A stretch of DNA of 64,000 nucleotides from NCBI GenBank assembly GCA_934087515.1, contig CAKOIY010000001.1, forward strand, positions 3,308-67,307, in the 5' to 3' direction. This stretch comes from an uncultured Bacilli bacterium (GTDB lineage: Bacteria > Bacillota_I > Bacilli_A > RF39 > UBA660). Below the pieces are notes generated by a model, which saw nothing but the letters and a program-made list of their open reading frames with translations, was not told the DNA's origin and made no database searches. The translations under genes and the position numbers were made by a program. Positions 27,277-38,061 of this stretch are shown piece after piece. Numbering within the stretch: position 1 is the first letter of the stretch; each line of letters starts with the position of its first letter.

Positions 27277-27891
27277 ATGAATAAGAAAAAGTATTTTATA
27301 CTTATATTTTTGATAATACTTTTTATGTTTGTATGTTATTTAGCTAATGTTAATGATTTTGGTTTTGATAATATGATAAATGGTGTTATTAGAAATGTAA
27401 CTGATGGTAAGACTAGTTTTTATAAGATTTTAACTTTTTTTGGAAGTGGAATATTTTTATCTTTATGTTGTGTATTATTACTTATATTTGTTAAAGATAA
27501 TAGTAAGAGAATTATGATTGTTGCTAATTTGGTTATTGTATCGCTTTTTAGTAATTTTGTTCTTAAACCAATATTTCATAGAGATAGACCTATAGATATG
27601 ATTGTTTCTGAGAATGGTTATTCTTTTCCTAGTAGTCATGCTTTTATTGCAACAGCTTTTTATGGTCTTTTGATATATTTTGTTTATAAGAGTAATTTGT
27701 CTTGTAGGATTAAGATTTTATTTATTAGTTGTTTATCGCTTGTTATATTTGGTATAGGTGTTAGTAGAGTGTACTTAGGAGTACATTATCCTACGGATGT
27801 TATTGGTGGTTTTGTAGGAGGAGTTATTTATTTGATATGTATGCTAAAGTTATTTTATTTAGTAAAAGGAGTAGATTATGAGAAAAAATAA
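27277..27891 (+). CDS. PAP2-family lipid phosphatase (undecaprenyl-diphosphatase/PgpB-like)
   Basis: It has multiple TM segments with the PAP2 motifs KPIFHRDRP, PSSH and SRVYLGVHYPTDV. Confidence 0.75.
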   Translation: MNKKKYFILIFLIILFMFVCYLANVNDFGFDNMINGVIRNVTDGKTSFYKILTFFGSGIFLSLCCVLLLIFVKDNSKRIMIVANLVIVSLFSNFVLKPIFHRDRPIDMIVSENGYSFPSSHAFIATAFYGLLIYFVYKSNLSCRIKILFISCLSLVIFGIGVSRVYLGVHYPTDVIGGFVGGVIYLICMLKLFYLVKGVDYEKK

Positions 27892-29755
27892 GGATAAGAA
27901 GAAAATTAATGGTTATAAGATTGTTGGTATTTTACTTTTAATATCATCACTTATATTGTTTGGAATAGTGCTTTATATTAATATTTTGCCTATGAAATAT
28001 TTATTAGCGTTGGGAGGAATTTTATTATTTGTTAATTTAGTTCTTGATTTCTTTTTGTTTAGAAAAAGGGTTAAGAAAAAGCCTAAAAGGGTTTGTACTG
28101 TGTTTGCTTTGCTTTTTTCTATTATATTTTTAATTGGTTCATTTTTTATTTTTAAGACTTTTGGTGTTCTTGATGATATGAGTCAGGATTATAAGACTTA
28201 TACTTATCATGTTTTGGTTAAGAGTGATAGTAATGCAGAGAAGATAGAAGATATTGCTAGTAAAAATCTTGGTTATTATAATGATAATAGTAGTGCTACT
28301 AAGAAGGCTCTTGAAAAGCTTGATACTGTTGTTAAGACTAAGAGTGATAGTTATGGTAATTTAGATGGTTTAGGAAAGGCTTTAATTAATGATGAGACTG
28401 ATGCTATTTTACTTGAGAATTCACAAAAGATTAAGTTAGAGAATGCTGGTGGAGGTAGTACTTTAAATAATAGTGATAGTAGTGTGCTTAGTAATTTTGG
28501 AGATAAGACTAAGGTTATTTATACTTTTAAGGTTAGGGTAAAGGTTGATTCTAAGGGAATTGATGTTACTAAAGATGTGTTTAATGTTTATATAAGTGGT
28601 ATGGATGAGTATGGTAAGGTATCTGAAATATCTAGAAGTGATGTTAATATGATTCTTACTATTAATCCTAAGACTAAGCAAATACTTATGACTAATGTTC
28701 CTAGAGATTATTATGTTCAATTACATGATACTACTGGTTATAAGGATAAGCTTACTCATGCTGGTACTTATGGTGTTGATACTTCTATTAAGACTTTAGA
28801 AGATCTTTTAGGAATTAAACTTGACTATTATTTTAAAGTTAATTTTAGTAGTTTAGAAAATATTGTTAATGCTTTGGATGGTGTTGATGTTTATTCTGAG
28901 TATGATTTTCAAAGTTGGAATGGTTATAATTTTACTAAGGGTTATAATCATGTTGAGGGAAAAGCTGCTTTGGCTTTTGCTAGAGAAAGACATACTTTTA
29001 CTGATGGTGATAATCAAAGAGGTAAGAATCAACAAGCTTTAATTGAAGCTATATTTAGGAAATGTACTAGTTCTAGTATAATAACTAAGTATAATAGTTT
29101 ACTTGATTCTTTACAAGATAGTATGATTACTGATATGCCTATGAAGTCAATGACTAGTTTGGCTAAGATGCAACTTAGGGATAATGCTAGTTGGACCATT
29201 ACTTCTAATAGTTTAACTGGTACTGGTAGTTATGATTATACTTATACTTATAATTTCCAAGAGTTATATGTTATGGTTCCAAATGAGGATTCTGTTACAG
29301 AAGCTAAAGAAAAGATTAATAAAGTTGCTAGTGGTGAAAAACTTGAATCTTCTTATGGAAAGGATGCTAGTGATGTTCATTCTGTTTCTAAATCACAAGT
29401 TTCTAAGGCTAGTTCTAGTAATTATTCTTATAGTAGTTCTTCTAAGAAAAAGAATACTTCTAGTAGTGTAAAGAAGAAAAGTAATACTTCGAAGAAAAGT
29501 AGTTCTAGTAGTAAATCTAGTAATTCTAATAAGAAAAGTAGTTCTACAACTACTAATAAACCTGTTACTGATAATAAAAAGAATAATACAGATACTAAGC
29601 CTAGTACTGGTAGTAATTCTAGTGGAGGATCTGGAAGTGGTAGTCATGAATCAGGTTCTGGTGATAATGCCGGAAATAATGCTGGTGGTAATACTGGTGG
29701 AGGTTCTGGTGAATCAGGGAATACTACAGAAAGTAATAATGTGTCTAAAGAATAA
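27878..29755 (+). CDS. LytR-CpsA-Psr (LCP) family cell-wall polymer ligase with a ~180-aa Ser/Lys/Asn-rich C-terminal tail
   Basis: It has an N-terminal TM segment and an LCP core (NILLIGTD-type region ...NMILTINPKTKQILMTNVPRDYYV...GDNQRGKNQQALIEAIFRK). The tail is low-complexity. Confidence 0.8.
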   Translation: MRKNKDKKKINGYKIVGILLLISSLILFGIVLYINILPMKYLLALGGILLFVNLVLDFFLFRKRVKKKPKRVCTVFALLFSIIFLIGSFFIFKTFGVLDDMSQDYKTYTYHVLVKSDSNAEKIEDIASKNLGYYNDNSSATKKALEKLDTVVKTKSDSYGNLDGLGKALINDETDAILLENSQKIKLENAGGGSTLNNSDSSVLSNFGDKTKVIYTFKVRVKVDSKGIDVTKDVFNVYISGMDEYGKVSEISRSDVNMILTINPKTKQILMTNVPRDYYVQLHDTTGYKDKLTHAGTYGVDTSIKTLEDLLGIKLDYYFKVNFSSLENIVNALDGVDVYSEYDFQSWNGYNFTKGYNHVEGKAALAFARERHTFTDGDNQRGKNQQALIEAIFRKCTSSSIITKYNSLLDSLQDSMITDMPMKSMTSLAKMQLRDNASWTITSNSLTGTGSYDYTYTYNFQELYVMVPNEDSVTEAKEKINKVASGEKLESSYGKDASDVHSVSKSQVSKASSSNYSYSSSSKKKNTSSSVKKKSNTSKKSSSSSKSSNSNKKSSSTTTNKPVTDNKKNNTDTKPSTGSNSSGGSGSGSHESGSGDNAGNNAGGNTGGGSGESGNTTESNNVSKE

Positions 29756-30001
29756 GTTTTGGCTTATTCTTTTTTTTGTAAAGTTATTGTAAAGTTCTAT
29801 ATAAAGTATTTACATATTTATTTGTCTACTCTATACTTAATATAGAATAATAAAGGGGAAAGCCTAGGTGGAGTTATCTATTTTGAAAACTTTGGTTTTC
29901 TTTTTTTTTGTAAAATTGTTTTTTTGTTTGGTTATTTCTTGAAATACTTGGTTATTTATTATATAATTTTATTAGTATTAAGATAGAAAAGAGGAGATAG
30001 T

Positions 30002-31225
30002 GTGATTAATGTTAAGAGTGAGATAAAACCACTTAAGAAGGTATTACTTCATAGGCCAGGTAGGGAGCTTCTTAATTTGACTCCGGATACTTTGGAAAAG
30101 TTATTGTTTGATGATATTCCTTATCTTACAGTGGCTCAAGAGGAACATGACCAATTTGCTAGAATTCTTAAGGATAATGGTGTTGAGGTTGTGTATTTGG
30201 AGGATTTAATGACTGAGACTTTGGATTTAAATCCTGATGTTAGAGATAGTTTTATTAAACAGTTTATATATGAGGCTGGAGTTAGAACTCCTAAATATCG
30301 TAGTTTAGTTTATGAGTTTTTGACTTCTATTGAATCTAATAGGAAACTTGTTCTTAAGACTATGGAGGGTATTAATATTAAGGAGATTGTTCTTGAAAAA
30401 GCTAAAAGGGGAAAATCTCTTGTTGATATGATTGAACCTGATTCTCAGTTTATAGTGGATCCTATGCCAAATTTATATTTTACTAGAGATAATTTTGCTT
30501 CGATTGGTAATGGTATTACTTTAAATAGAATGTATTCTGAAACTAGAAATCGTGAAACTATATATGCTGAGTATATATTTAATTATCATCCAGATTATAA
30601 GGATGTTCCTAAGTATTTTGATAGATATAATGAGTATAATATTGAAGGTGGGGATGTTCTTAATTTAAGTGATAAGGTGTTAGGTATTGGTATTTCTCAA
30701 AGGACTAGTGCTAATGCTATTGAGATACTTGCTAGGAATATTTTTAATGATCCTGATACTAGTATTGAGACTATTTTAGCTTTTAATATTCCGGAAAGTC
30801 GTGCTTTTATGCATTTAGATACTGTATTTACACAAATAGATTATGATAAATTTACTTATCATCCTGGTATTATGTCTTCACTTAAGGTTTTTGAAATTAA
30901 GAAAGGTGAAAAGGAAGATGAGATTAATGTTAAGTCTAGAAGTGGTTCTTTAGAAAAGATACTTGAAGATTATTTAGGTAGAGATATTATTTTAATACCA
31001 TGTGCTGGTGGTGATATGGTTTCTGCAGAGAGGGAACAATGGAATGATGGTTCTAATACTTTAGCTATTGCTCCAGGAGTGGTTGTTGTTTATGATAGAA
31101 ATAGTGTTACTAATGAAGTTCTTAGAAGATTTGGTATTAAGGTAATTGAAATGAGAAGTGCAGAATTATCACGTGGTAGAGGTGGTCCACGTTGTATGAG
31201 TATGCCACTTATAAGGGAGGATTAA
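30002..31225 (+). CDS. arcA: Arginine deiminase
   Basis: The N-terminus [27 protein letters not shown] matches arginine deiminase, and the C-terminal catalytic Cys lies in ..[10 protein letters not shown]. The ORF has a GTG start with RBS AAAGAGGAG. Confidence 0.9.
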   Translation: MINVKSEIKPLKKVLLHRPGRELLNLTPDTLEKLLFDDIPYLTVAQEEHDQFARILKDNGVEVVYLEDLMTETLDLNPDVRDSFIKQFIYEAGVRTPKYRSLVYEFLTSIESNRKLVLKTMEGINIKEIVLEKAKRGKSLVDMIEPDSQFIVDPMPNLYFTRDNFASIGNGITLNRMYSETRNRETIYAEYIFNYHPDYKDVPKYFDRYNEYNIEGGDVLNLSDKVLGIGISQRTSANAIEILARNIFNDPDTSIETILAFNIPESRAFMHLDTVFTQIDYDKFTYHPGIMSSLKVFEIKKGEKEDEINVKSRSGSLEKILEDYLGRDIILIPCAGGDMVSAEREQWNDGSNTLAIAPGVVVVYDRNSVTNEVLRRFGIKVIEMRSAELSRGRGGPRCMSMPLIRED

Positions 31226-31226
31226 T

Positions 31227-32213
31227 ATGGATTTAAAAGGTAGAGATTTTTTGAAGGTACTTGATTATTCTTCAGAAGAACTTAAATATTTAATTGGACT
31301 TGCTATTAGTTTCAAGGAAAAGAAGAAAAATGGTGAGTTACATAAGTATTTAAAAGGAAAGAATGTTGCTCTTATTTTTGAAAAAGATTCAACTAGAACT
31401 AGATGTGCTTTTGAGGTTGCTGCTAGTGATTTAGGAATGAGTAGTACTTATTTAGGTCCGACTGGTTCGCAAATGGGAAAGAAAGAAACTATTGAGGATA
31501 CTGCGAGGGTATTATCTAGAATGTATGATGGTATTGAGTATCGTGGTTTTGGTCAAGATATTGTTGAGAATCTTGCTAAGTATAGTGATGTTCCTGTTTG
31601 GAATGGTCTTACTAATGAGTTTCATCCTACACAAGTGTTAGCAGATTTTATGACTATGTATGAACACTTTGGACATTTAGAAGGACTTAGTTTAGTATAT
31701 TTTGGAGATGCTAGGTATAATATGGGGAATTCTCTTATGATTATGAGTGCTAAGATGGGTGTTAATTTTACTTGTTGTGCTCCAAAGAGTTTGTGGCCTA
31801 GTGAAGATTTGATTAAACAAGCTAGAGTAATTGCAGATGAAAATGGTTCTGCTATATTTTTAACTGATGATCCTAAAGAAGGTGCAACTGGTAAGGATGT
31901 TGTGTATACTGATGTATGGGTTTCTATGGGTGAAGATGATAAGGTTTGGAAGGATAGAATTAAGATGTTAAAACCTTTTAGAGTAACTACTGAACTTATG
32001 GATTTTACTAATGAAAATTCAATATTTATGCATTGTTTACCTTCTTTTCATAATAATAAGACTAGAATTGGTAAAGAAATTGAGGATAAGTATGGTGTTT
32101 CTGAAATGGAAGTTACTGATGAAGTGTTTGAATCTTCTAAATCTAAGGTTTTTGATGAGGCTGAGAATAGGATGCATACAATAAAAGCGGTTATGTATGC
32201 GACTTTAAAATGA
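31227..32213 (+). CDS. arcB: Ornithine carbamoyltransferase (catabolic)
   Basis: It has the motifs STRTRCAFE and HCLP, and sits in operon context between arcA and arcC. Confidence 0.9.
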   Translation: MDLKGRDFLKVLDYSSEELKYLIGLAISFKEKKKNGELHKYLKGKNVALIFEKDSTRTRCAFEVAASDLGMSSTYLGPTGSQMGKKETIEDTARVLSRMYDGIEYRGFGQDIVENLAKYSDVPVWNGLTNEFHPTQVLADFMTMYEHFGHLEGLSLVYFGDARYNMGNSLMIMSAKMGVNFTCCAPKSLWPSEDLIKQARVIADENGSAIFLTDDPKEGATGKDVVYTDVWVSMGEDDKVWKDRIKMLKPFRVTTELMDFTNENSIFMHCLPSFHNNKTRIGKEIEDKYGVSEMEVTDEVFESSKSKVFDEAENRMHTIKAVMYATLK

Positions 32214-33142
32214 ATAGGAAAGTAGTAATTGCTCTGGGAGGAAATGCTCTTGGTAAGACTAATGATGAACAGATTAATTTAGTTAAAAATACTTCTTGTA
32301 AGATAGTTGATATTATTGAAAAAGGGTATGATGTTATTGTTACTCATGGAAATGGACCTCAGGTTGGAATGATATCTTCTAGTTTAGAAGATGTTTCTAT
32401 GCCTTTTCCAGAATGTGGAGCGATGAGTACTGGTTATATTGGTTATCATCTTAGTCAAGCAATTGATAATGAGTTAAGAAAAAGAAAAGTTTCTAAGACT
32501 TGTGTTTCCGTTGTTACGCAAGTTGTAGTTGATAAAGATGATTCTGCTTTTGATAATCCTACTAAACCTATTGGTGGTTTTTATTCTAAAGAAGATGCGT
32601 TTTTGCTTAGTAAGAGTAAAGGTTATGTGATGAAGGAGGATGCTGGGCGTGGTTATAGACGAGTTGTTGCTTCTCCTTATCCTAAGAAAATAGTTGAACT
32701 TGATGTTATTAATGAACTTGTTTGCAATAATGTTGTTATTGCTTGTGGTGGAGGAGGCATTCCTGTTATATCTAATAATGGGATTCTTTCTGGAATAGAT
32801 GCAGTTATTGATAAGGATTTAACTAGTGCATTACTTGCTAAGAGTATTAATGCGGATGTGTTACTTATTTTAACAGCGATAGATAAGGTTTGTATAAACT
32901 TTAATAAGCCTAATCAAAAGGAACTTGATGATATTTCTTTGGATGAAGCGTATTCTTATATTGAAACTGGTGAGTTTGCTGATGGTAGTATGCTTCCTAA
33001 AGTAAAGGCTTGTTTAGAGTTTGTTAAAAATACAAATAAAAAAGCTATCATTACTTCTCTTGAAAAGGCAGTCGATGGACTTGATGGCAAATCAGGAACA
33101 TTAATTTGTTCTAGTAAGGAGGAAAAAGGAAATGGCAGATAA
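32210..33142 (+). CDS. arcC: Carbamate kinase
   Basis: The N-terminus [11 protein letters not shown] matches carbamate kinase, with carbamate kinase-type motifs throughout. Confidence 0.9.
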   Translation: MNRKVVIALGGNALGKTNDEQINLVKNTSCKIVDIIEKGYDVIVTHGNGPQVGMISSSLEDVSMPFPECGAMSTGYIGYHLSQAIDNELRKRKVSKTCVSVVTQVVVDKDDSAFDNPTKPIGGFYSKEDAFLLSKSKGYVMKEDAGRGYRRVVASPYPKKIVELDVINELVCNNVVIACGGGGIPVISNNGILSGIDAVIDKDLTSALLAKSINADVLLILTAIDKVCINFNKPNQKELDDISLDEAYSYIETGEFADGSMLPKVKACLEFVKNTNKKAIITSLEKAVDGLDGKSGTLICSSKEEKGNGR

Positions 33143-34589
33143 GAAAAAAACTGCTAGAAAAAAGAATTTTAAATTTGGAATTTCAGCATTTTCCATTATT
33201 TTGATTCTTACTGTTTTACTTGGTGTTTTGACACATTTTTTACCAACTGCTCAGTTTGTTGGCGATACTATTGTTGATGGGAGTGGGGTTGTAAAGGCTA
33301 AACTTGCTAATGTTTTACTTGCTCCGATTAAAGGGTTTGCGAATTGTATAGATGTTGGAATATTTATATTTGTTTTAGGGGGATTTTTAAATATTGTTTC
33401 TAAAACTGGTGCTTTGGAAACTGGTGTAAAAGTTTTGGTTGATAAACTTAAGGGTAGAGAGTTAATACTTATTCCAATTCTTATGTTTATTTTCTCTATT
33501 GGAGGTACAACATATGGAATGCTTGAGGAAACTGTTGGATTTTATGCATTACTTGCTGCGACTATGGTGGCTGCTGGTATGGATACGATAGTTGCTTCTG
33601 CTGTGGTGCTTCTTGGTGCTGGATGTGGTGTTTTAGGTTCTACTATAAATCCGTTTGCTAATGGTGCTGCTATTGCGGCTCTTCCTGAGGGTGTGGCAGT
33701 TAATCAAGGTGTAATTATTATGATTGGTATTGCACTTTGGCTTGTTACTTTAGCGATATCAATATTCTTTGTTATGATTTATGCTGCTAAAGTTAAGAAG
33801 AATAAGGGTTCTACTTTTTTATCTCTTCAAGAACAAAAGTACATGGAAAAGAAATATGGTAAGGATGTTAAGAAAAAGGATGAGGTTGTAAAACTTACTG
33901 GTAGACAAAAAGTAACTTTGGTGTTATTTGGTTTTACTTTCTTGATTATGATAATTGGATTTATTCCATTTACTGCAGATATTAAATGGTTATCATTTTC
34001 ATCATTTTTAACTGGTGAGGTTCTTGGCAATTGGTATTTCTTTGATGCTGCTGTATTGTTTTTTATAATGGCTATTGTTATTGGAATAATTAATAAGCAA
34101 GGTGAAAAAGGAATTGTTGATAATTTTGTTGAAGGTGTTGCTGATATAATTAGTGTTGTGCTTATTATAGCGGTTGCACGTGGTGTTAAGTATTTAATGG
34201 GTGTTACTTATTTAGATAATTATATTATTTTTAATGCTGCTGAGGCTCTTAAAAATATGCCTGTTTTACTTTTTACACCACTTAATTATTTGCTTCATAT
34301 AGTTTTATCAGTACTTGTTCCATCATCTTCTGGTCTTGCAGCACTTTCATCTCCAATTATGGGTTCTATTGCTAATCAAATTGGTTATAGTGTTGAAGGT
34401 ACTATTATGACTATGGTGGCTGCTAATGGACTTGTTAATTTAATAACTCCAACTTGTGGTGCTATTATGGGAGGACTTGCTATAGCGGGTGTTGAATATT
34501 CTACGTGGTTTAAGTGGTCAATTAAGTTAATACTTATGCTTGGTTTAGCTTCATTGATTGTATTGATGCTTGCTATGGTAATTTTTTAA
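33132..34589 (+). CDS. YfcC/DcuC-family membrane transporter, probably the arginine/ornithine exchanger of the ADI operon
   Basis: This ~485-aa polytopic membrane protein lies directly downstream of arcC with an overlapping start. It is of YfcC type, not an APC-type ArcD. Confidence 0.65.
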   Translation: MADKKKTARKKNFKFGISAFSIILILTVLLGVLTHFLPTAQFVGDTIVDGSGVVKAKLANVLLAPIKGFANCIDVGIFIFVLGGFLNIVSKTGALETGVKVLVDKLKGRELILIPILMFIFSIGGTTYGMLEETVGFYALLAATMVAAGMDTIVASAVVLLGAGCGVLGSTINPFANGAAIAALPEGVAVNQGVIIMIGIALWLVTLAISIFFVMIYAAKVKKNKGSTFLSLQEQKYMEKKYGKDVKKKDEVVKLTGRQKVTLVLFGFTFLIMIIGFIPFTADIKWLSFSSFLTGEVLGNWYFFDAAVLFFIMAIVIGIINKQGEKGIVDNFVEGVADIISVVLIIAVARGVKYLMGVTYLDNYIIFNAAEALKNMPVLLFTPLNYLLHIVLSVLVPSSSGLAALSSPIMGSIANQIGYSVEGTIMTMVAANGLVNLITPTCGAIMGGLAIAGVEYSTWFKWSIKLILMLGLASLIVLMLAMVIF

Positions 34590-34602
34590 AGAATAGATTA
34601 AA

Positions 34603-34628
34603 CTATCAGATTTTCTGGTAGTTTTTTG
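34603..34628 (+). terminator. Rho-independent terminator after the ADI operon
   Basis: A 7-bp stem ctatcag/ctggtag (one G-U pair) with a 5-nt loop is followed by a T6 run. Confidence 0.6.
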
Positions 34629-34726
34629 TCTTATATGAGAGTTCTTGATTTGTTGTGAAAATGATTTATTAACTATTGACGAACATATGTTTGTTTGATA
34701 TAATTGATGTTGTTAATATTACTAAA

Positions 34727-34868
34727 TCAGAAGATGTAGAAAATGAAATAGGGTAGTTATTAAATGAATATAATTTTAAAACTAATATTACTTTAGAAGA
34801 TATAGTGGATTTTTATTTTAGGTTTAGAAGAATTTATTTGTTTGGTGGTGTGGATGATTATTTAGGAT
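34727..34868 (+). pseudogene. Decayed internal fragment of a Fic-family gene (about 85% nt identity to 37034-37180 of the intact fic downstream)
   Basis: Direct alignment by eye: cagaagatgtagaaaatgaaata...actttagaagatatagtggattttt... in both places. The fragment carries an in-frame stop, and the Fic motif HPFGDGNGR is degraded to YLFGGVDDY. Confidence 0.6.
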
Positions 34869-34962
34869 AGAAAATGGTATACTTTCAAAATTCATATATA
34901 AATAGTGGAAGGTTTTGATATAATATATTTATTGATGTAATTAAATCAGGAGGTAAAAAATT

Positions 34963-35979
34963 ATGCAAACATTACAAATAAGAAATTCAACAGCAGAATT
35001 TTTGATATTTACAGGACAAAATAAAGAAAAGACAATAGAAGTGATTGTTGATGAAGAATCAGTTTGGCTTAGTCAAAAATTGATGGCCGAACTTTTCGGA
35101 ACAACAAGAAATAATATAACAATACATCTTTCTAATATTTTTGAAAAAGAATTAAGTGAGAATTCAGTATGTAAAGAATTTTTACATACTGCTAGAGATG
35201 GAAAAAATTATAAAACAAAATATTATAATTTAGATGTTATTATTGCTGTTGGATTTAAAGTTAATAGCAAAAGAGCAATAGAGTTTAGATTGTGGGCAAT
35301 CAATATTTTAAAACAATATTCTATAAAGGGGTATGTATTAGATAAAGAAAGACTTAAAAATGGAACTTTTTTAAATGAAAATTATTTTGATGAATTATTA
35401 CAAGAAATAAGAGAAATAAGAATTAGTGAAAGGAATTTTTATCAAAAGATTACCGATATTTACACAACAAGTTTAGATTATAATGTAGCTTCACCAATAA
35501 CAAAAGATTTTTTTAAAACAGTCCAAAATAAAATGCATTATGCTGTTCATGGGAATACGGCTGTGGAAATTATAGTGAATCGTGCAAATCATAAAAAAAC
35601 ACATATGGGATTAACAAATTGGAAAAATTCACCTAATGGTAAAATAATTGCATCTGATGTTATAGTTGCTAAAAATTATCTAACTAAAGAGGAATTAAAA
35701 TCTTTAGAAAGAATTGTTACAATGTATTTAGATTATGCAGAGGATCAAGCTGAAAGACATATTCCTATGACAATGGAAGACTGGAAAAGTAAGTTAGATG
35801 TATTTTTACAATTTAATGAAAGAGATGTACTTGATAATCCTGGTAGAGTATCCCATAAGGTAGCAGAAAGTTTTGCAATTTCTGAATTTGAAAAGTATAG
35901 AATTAACCAAGATAGATTATTTGAATCTGATTTTGATAAGTTTATGATTGAAATGGAAAATGATGATATCAAGTGCTAA
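34963..35979 (+). CDS. RhuM-family protein (Fic/DOC-associated putative DNA-binding virulence protein)
   Basis: The N-terminal region is ...WLSQKLMAELFGTTRNNITIHLSNIFEKELSENSVCKEFLHTARDGKNYKTKYYNLDVIIAVGFKVNSKRAIEFRLWAINILKQY. This is the RhuM signature. Confidence 0.75.
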   Translation: MQTLQIRNSTAEFLIFTGQNKEKTIEVIVDEESVWLSQKLMAELFGTTRNNITIHLSNIFEKELSENSVCKEFLHTARDGKNYKTKYYNLDVIIAVGFKVNSKRAIEFRLWAINILKQYSIKGYVLDKERLKNGTFLNENYFDELLQEIREIRISERNFYQKITDIYTTSLDYNVASPITKDFFKTVQNKMHYAVHGNTAVEIIVNRANHKKTHMGLTNWKNSPNGKIIASDVIVAKNYLTKEELKSLERIVTMYLDYAEDQAERHIPMTMEDWKSKLDVFLQFNERDVLDNPGRVSHKVAESFAISEFEKYRINQDRLFESDFDKFMIEMENDDIKC

Positions 35980-36121
35980 ATGGATATCATTCTCAGATTA
36001 TTGGATTTTGAAGTAAATGAAATAATTTCAAATACTGTTAGATTATAGATATTTTTATGTACTTTTTCCTTATACAAAGTTTATATTTTTGAATAGTATA
36101 AATTAGATAGGAGGATTTATA

Positions 36122-36463
36122 ATGTTTGAAAATATGAGTAATAGTCCATTTATGATGCCTAATCAAGAGGGGTTTATTGATATTGATAATAATCAAGGAA
36201 ATATTGATATTGATTTAAATCAAAGTCAAACTAGTAATATTAATAATGGCCCTATGATGGGTATGACTTCTCAACCTATAATTGAACCTATGAGAGAAAG
36301 AGTTGTTAATAGAACAATTGAACATGTTGTACCACATGTGTGTCCTGTTAGAACAAGAATAGTAAATCATCATGTGTTTAAACATACTTATAGTCCAAGT
36401 TATAGTTGTTGTGAAGAAAATGTTTGTGAAAATGTACAATGTGGTTCTTGTTGTAATTATTAG
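36122..36463 (+). CDS. CotD-like small His/Cys-rich spore coat protein
   Basis: The motif IEHVVPHVCPVRTRIVNHHVFKHTYSPSYSCCEEN...CCNY resembles B. subtilis CotD (VHPTHCCEHHTF..HIHP..NHQHFQHVHYFPHTF...CCDY), including the terminal CC-x-Y. Confidence 0.45.
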   Translation: MFENMSNSPFMMPNQEGFIDIDNNQGNIDIDLNQSQTSNINNGPMMGMTSQPIIEPMRERVVNRTIEHVVPHVCPVRTRIVNHHVFKHTYSPSYSCCEENVCENVQCGSCCNY

Positions 36464-36612
36464 TAATTGTTTTGATTGAATGACTTTGGTCATTCTTTTT
36501 TTGACTATATTAATTTTTGTATTTTGAATTAGTATAAATTTGTTGGTTTATTAATTGATAATTTTTGTGATATGTGTTATTTTATTTTTAGAGTAATATT
36601 TATATATAAGTA

Positions 36613-37380
36613 ATGTTGGAGTTGATGTTTGTGAATGTTAATCAAATTAAAGATGAGTTAATTAAACAAAAAAGTTCTAAGTTTAAGGGAAATATATATT
36701 ATTATTCTCAAATTAATTTTTCTTATAATTCAAATAAAATTGAGGGTAGTAGATTAACTAGTGAACAAACTGAAGCAATATTTGATACATCTTCATTTAT
36801 TTCTAAGGGTGATACTTTGATTGAACTGGATGATGTGATTGAATCTAGAAATCATTTTAAATTGTTTGATTATATACTTGATAATGTGGATGAATTACTA
36901 ACTAAAGATATGATAGTTGAAATGAATAAGATTTTAAAGAGAAATACTAGTGATGAGGAAAATCCTAGATATAATGTTGGTGGATTCAAAATTGTTCCAA
37001 ATATGATTGGAGCAGTTAATGTTGTTAACACTACTAGACCAGAAGATGTAGAAAATGAAATAATAGAGTTATTAGATGAATATAATTCTAAAACAGATAT
37101 TACTTTAGAAGATATAGTGGATTTTCATTATAGATTTGAAAGAATACATCCGTTTGGAGATGGAAATGGTCGTGTTGGACGAATTATAATGTTTAAAGAG
37201 TGTCTTAGAAATAATATTATGCCATTTATTGTACTTGATGATGATAAAATTTATTATTTAAGAGGTTTAAAAGAGTATAAAAATGATAAAATGTTTTTAA
37301 TTGATACTATTAGACATGAACAAGATATATATAAGGGTGTTTGTGAAATGTTGCTTTCTTTTGAAATTAAAGATTTTTAA
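36613..37380 (+). CDS. Fic-family protein (AMPylase/Doc-like)
   Basis: It has the canonical Fic motif HPFGDGNGRVGR. Confidence 0.8.
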   Translation: MLELMFVNVNQIKDELIKQKSSKFKGNIYYYSQINFSYNSNKIEGSRLTSEQTEAIFDTSSFISKGDTLIELDDVIESRNHFKLFDYILDNVDELLTKDMIVEMNKILKRNTSDEENPRYNVGGFKIVPNMIGAVNVVNTTRPEDVENEIIELLDEYNSKTDITLEDIVDFHYRFERIHPFGDGNGRVGRIIMFKECLRNNIMPFIVLDDDKIYYLRGLKEYKNDKMFLIDTIRHEQDIYKGVCEMLLSFEIKDF

Positions 37381-37469
37381 ATAGAGTTTTATGACTGAAT
37401 GATAGTGTTTTTGAGTATAAGAAGTTATTTTTTATGTGATGAAATTGATAATTTTATAAATAATAAAAT

Positions 37470-38003
37470 ATGGTATGGAGGATTATTATGGATGTTTTCT
37501 TTATTTTTGGGGAGATTTTTTCTCTTTTAGCTGCAGTTTGTTTGTGTTATTCTACTTTTAGTACTAGTAAGAAAAATATGGTGTTTTGGCAATTAATTGA
37601 TTCTGTTTTGGGTGCTGTTTCTAATATTTTTTTATTTAGTTTTTCTGGTGTTGTTACTAATATACTTGCTGCGGTTAGAAATTTGTTTGAGGTTAAGGGT
37701 AAGAATAATAATGTTATTGTAATTGTTTTTTGTTTTTTGAATATGGTTTTGGGGTTATTATTTAATAATAGGGGTTTTGTTGGTGTTTTACCAATTCTTG
37801 CTACTATTGAATATACTATTGCTATATATGTGTGTAAGAGTTCTCAAAGTTTGAGAATTGGTTTGTTAATTAATACTGTTTTTTGGGGTGTTTATGATTT
37901 GCTTATAATGTCTTATCCTCTTTTTGTTGCAGATGTTATTATATTTGTTTTTGCTATTATTAATGTTGTTAGGCTTAGAAATAGTGATTTGGTTAAGGAA
38001 TAG
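37470..38003 (+). CDS. Small polytopic membrane protein (YgjV-like)
   Basis: It has five to six predicted TM helices. The family assignment is weak. Confidence 0.35.
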   Translation: MVWRIIMDVFFIFGEIFSLLAAVCLCYSTFSTSKKNMVFWQLIDSVLGAVSNIFLFSFSGVVTNILAAVRNLFEVKGKNNNVIVIVFCFLNMVLGLLFNNRGFVGVLPILATIEYTIAIYVCKSSQSLRIGLLINTVFWGVYDLLIMSYPLFVADVIIFVFAIINVVRLRNSDLVKE

Positions 38004-38061
38004 TTGTTTTATTTTATACTAATTAATGATATAATTATATTTATGAATGAGAGGTAATAAT

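Noticed and set aside
29400-29755. Repetitive AGT/AAG-rich DNA suggestive of a repeat element
   Set aside because: It encodes the Ser/Lys-rich tail of the LCP protein in one continuous frame. It is not an independent repeat element.
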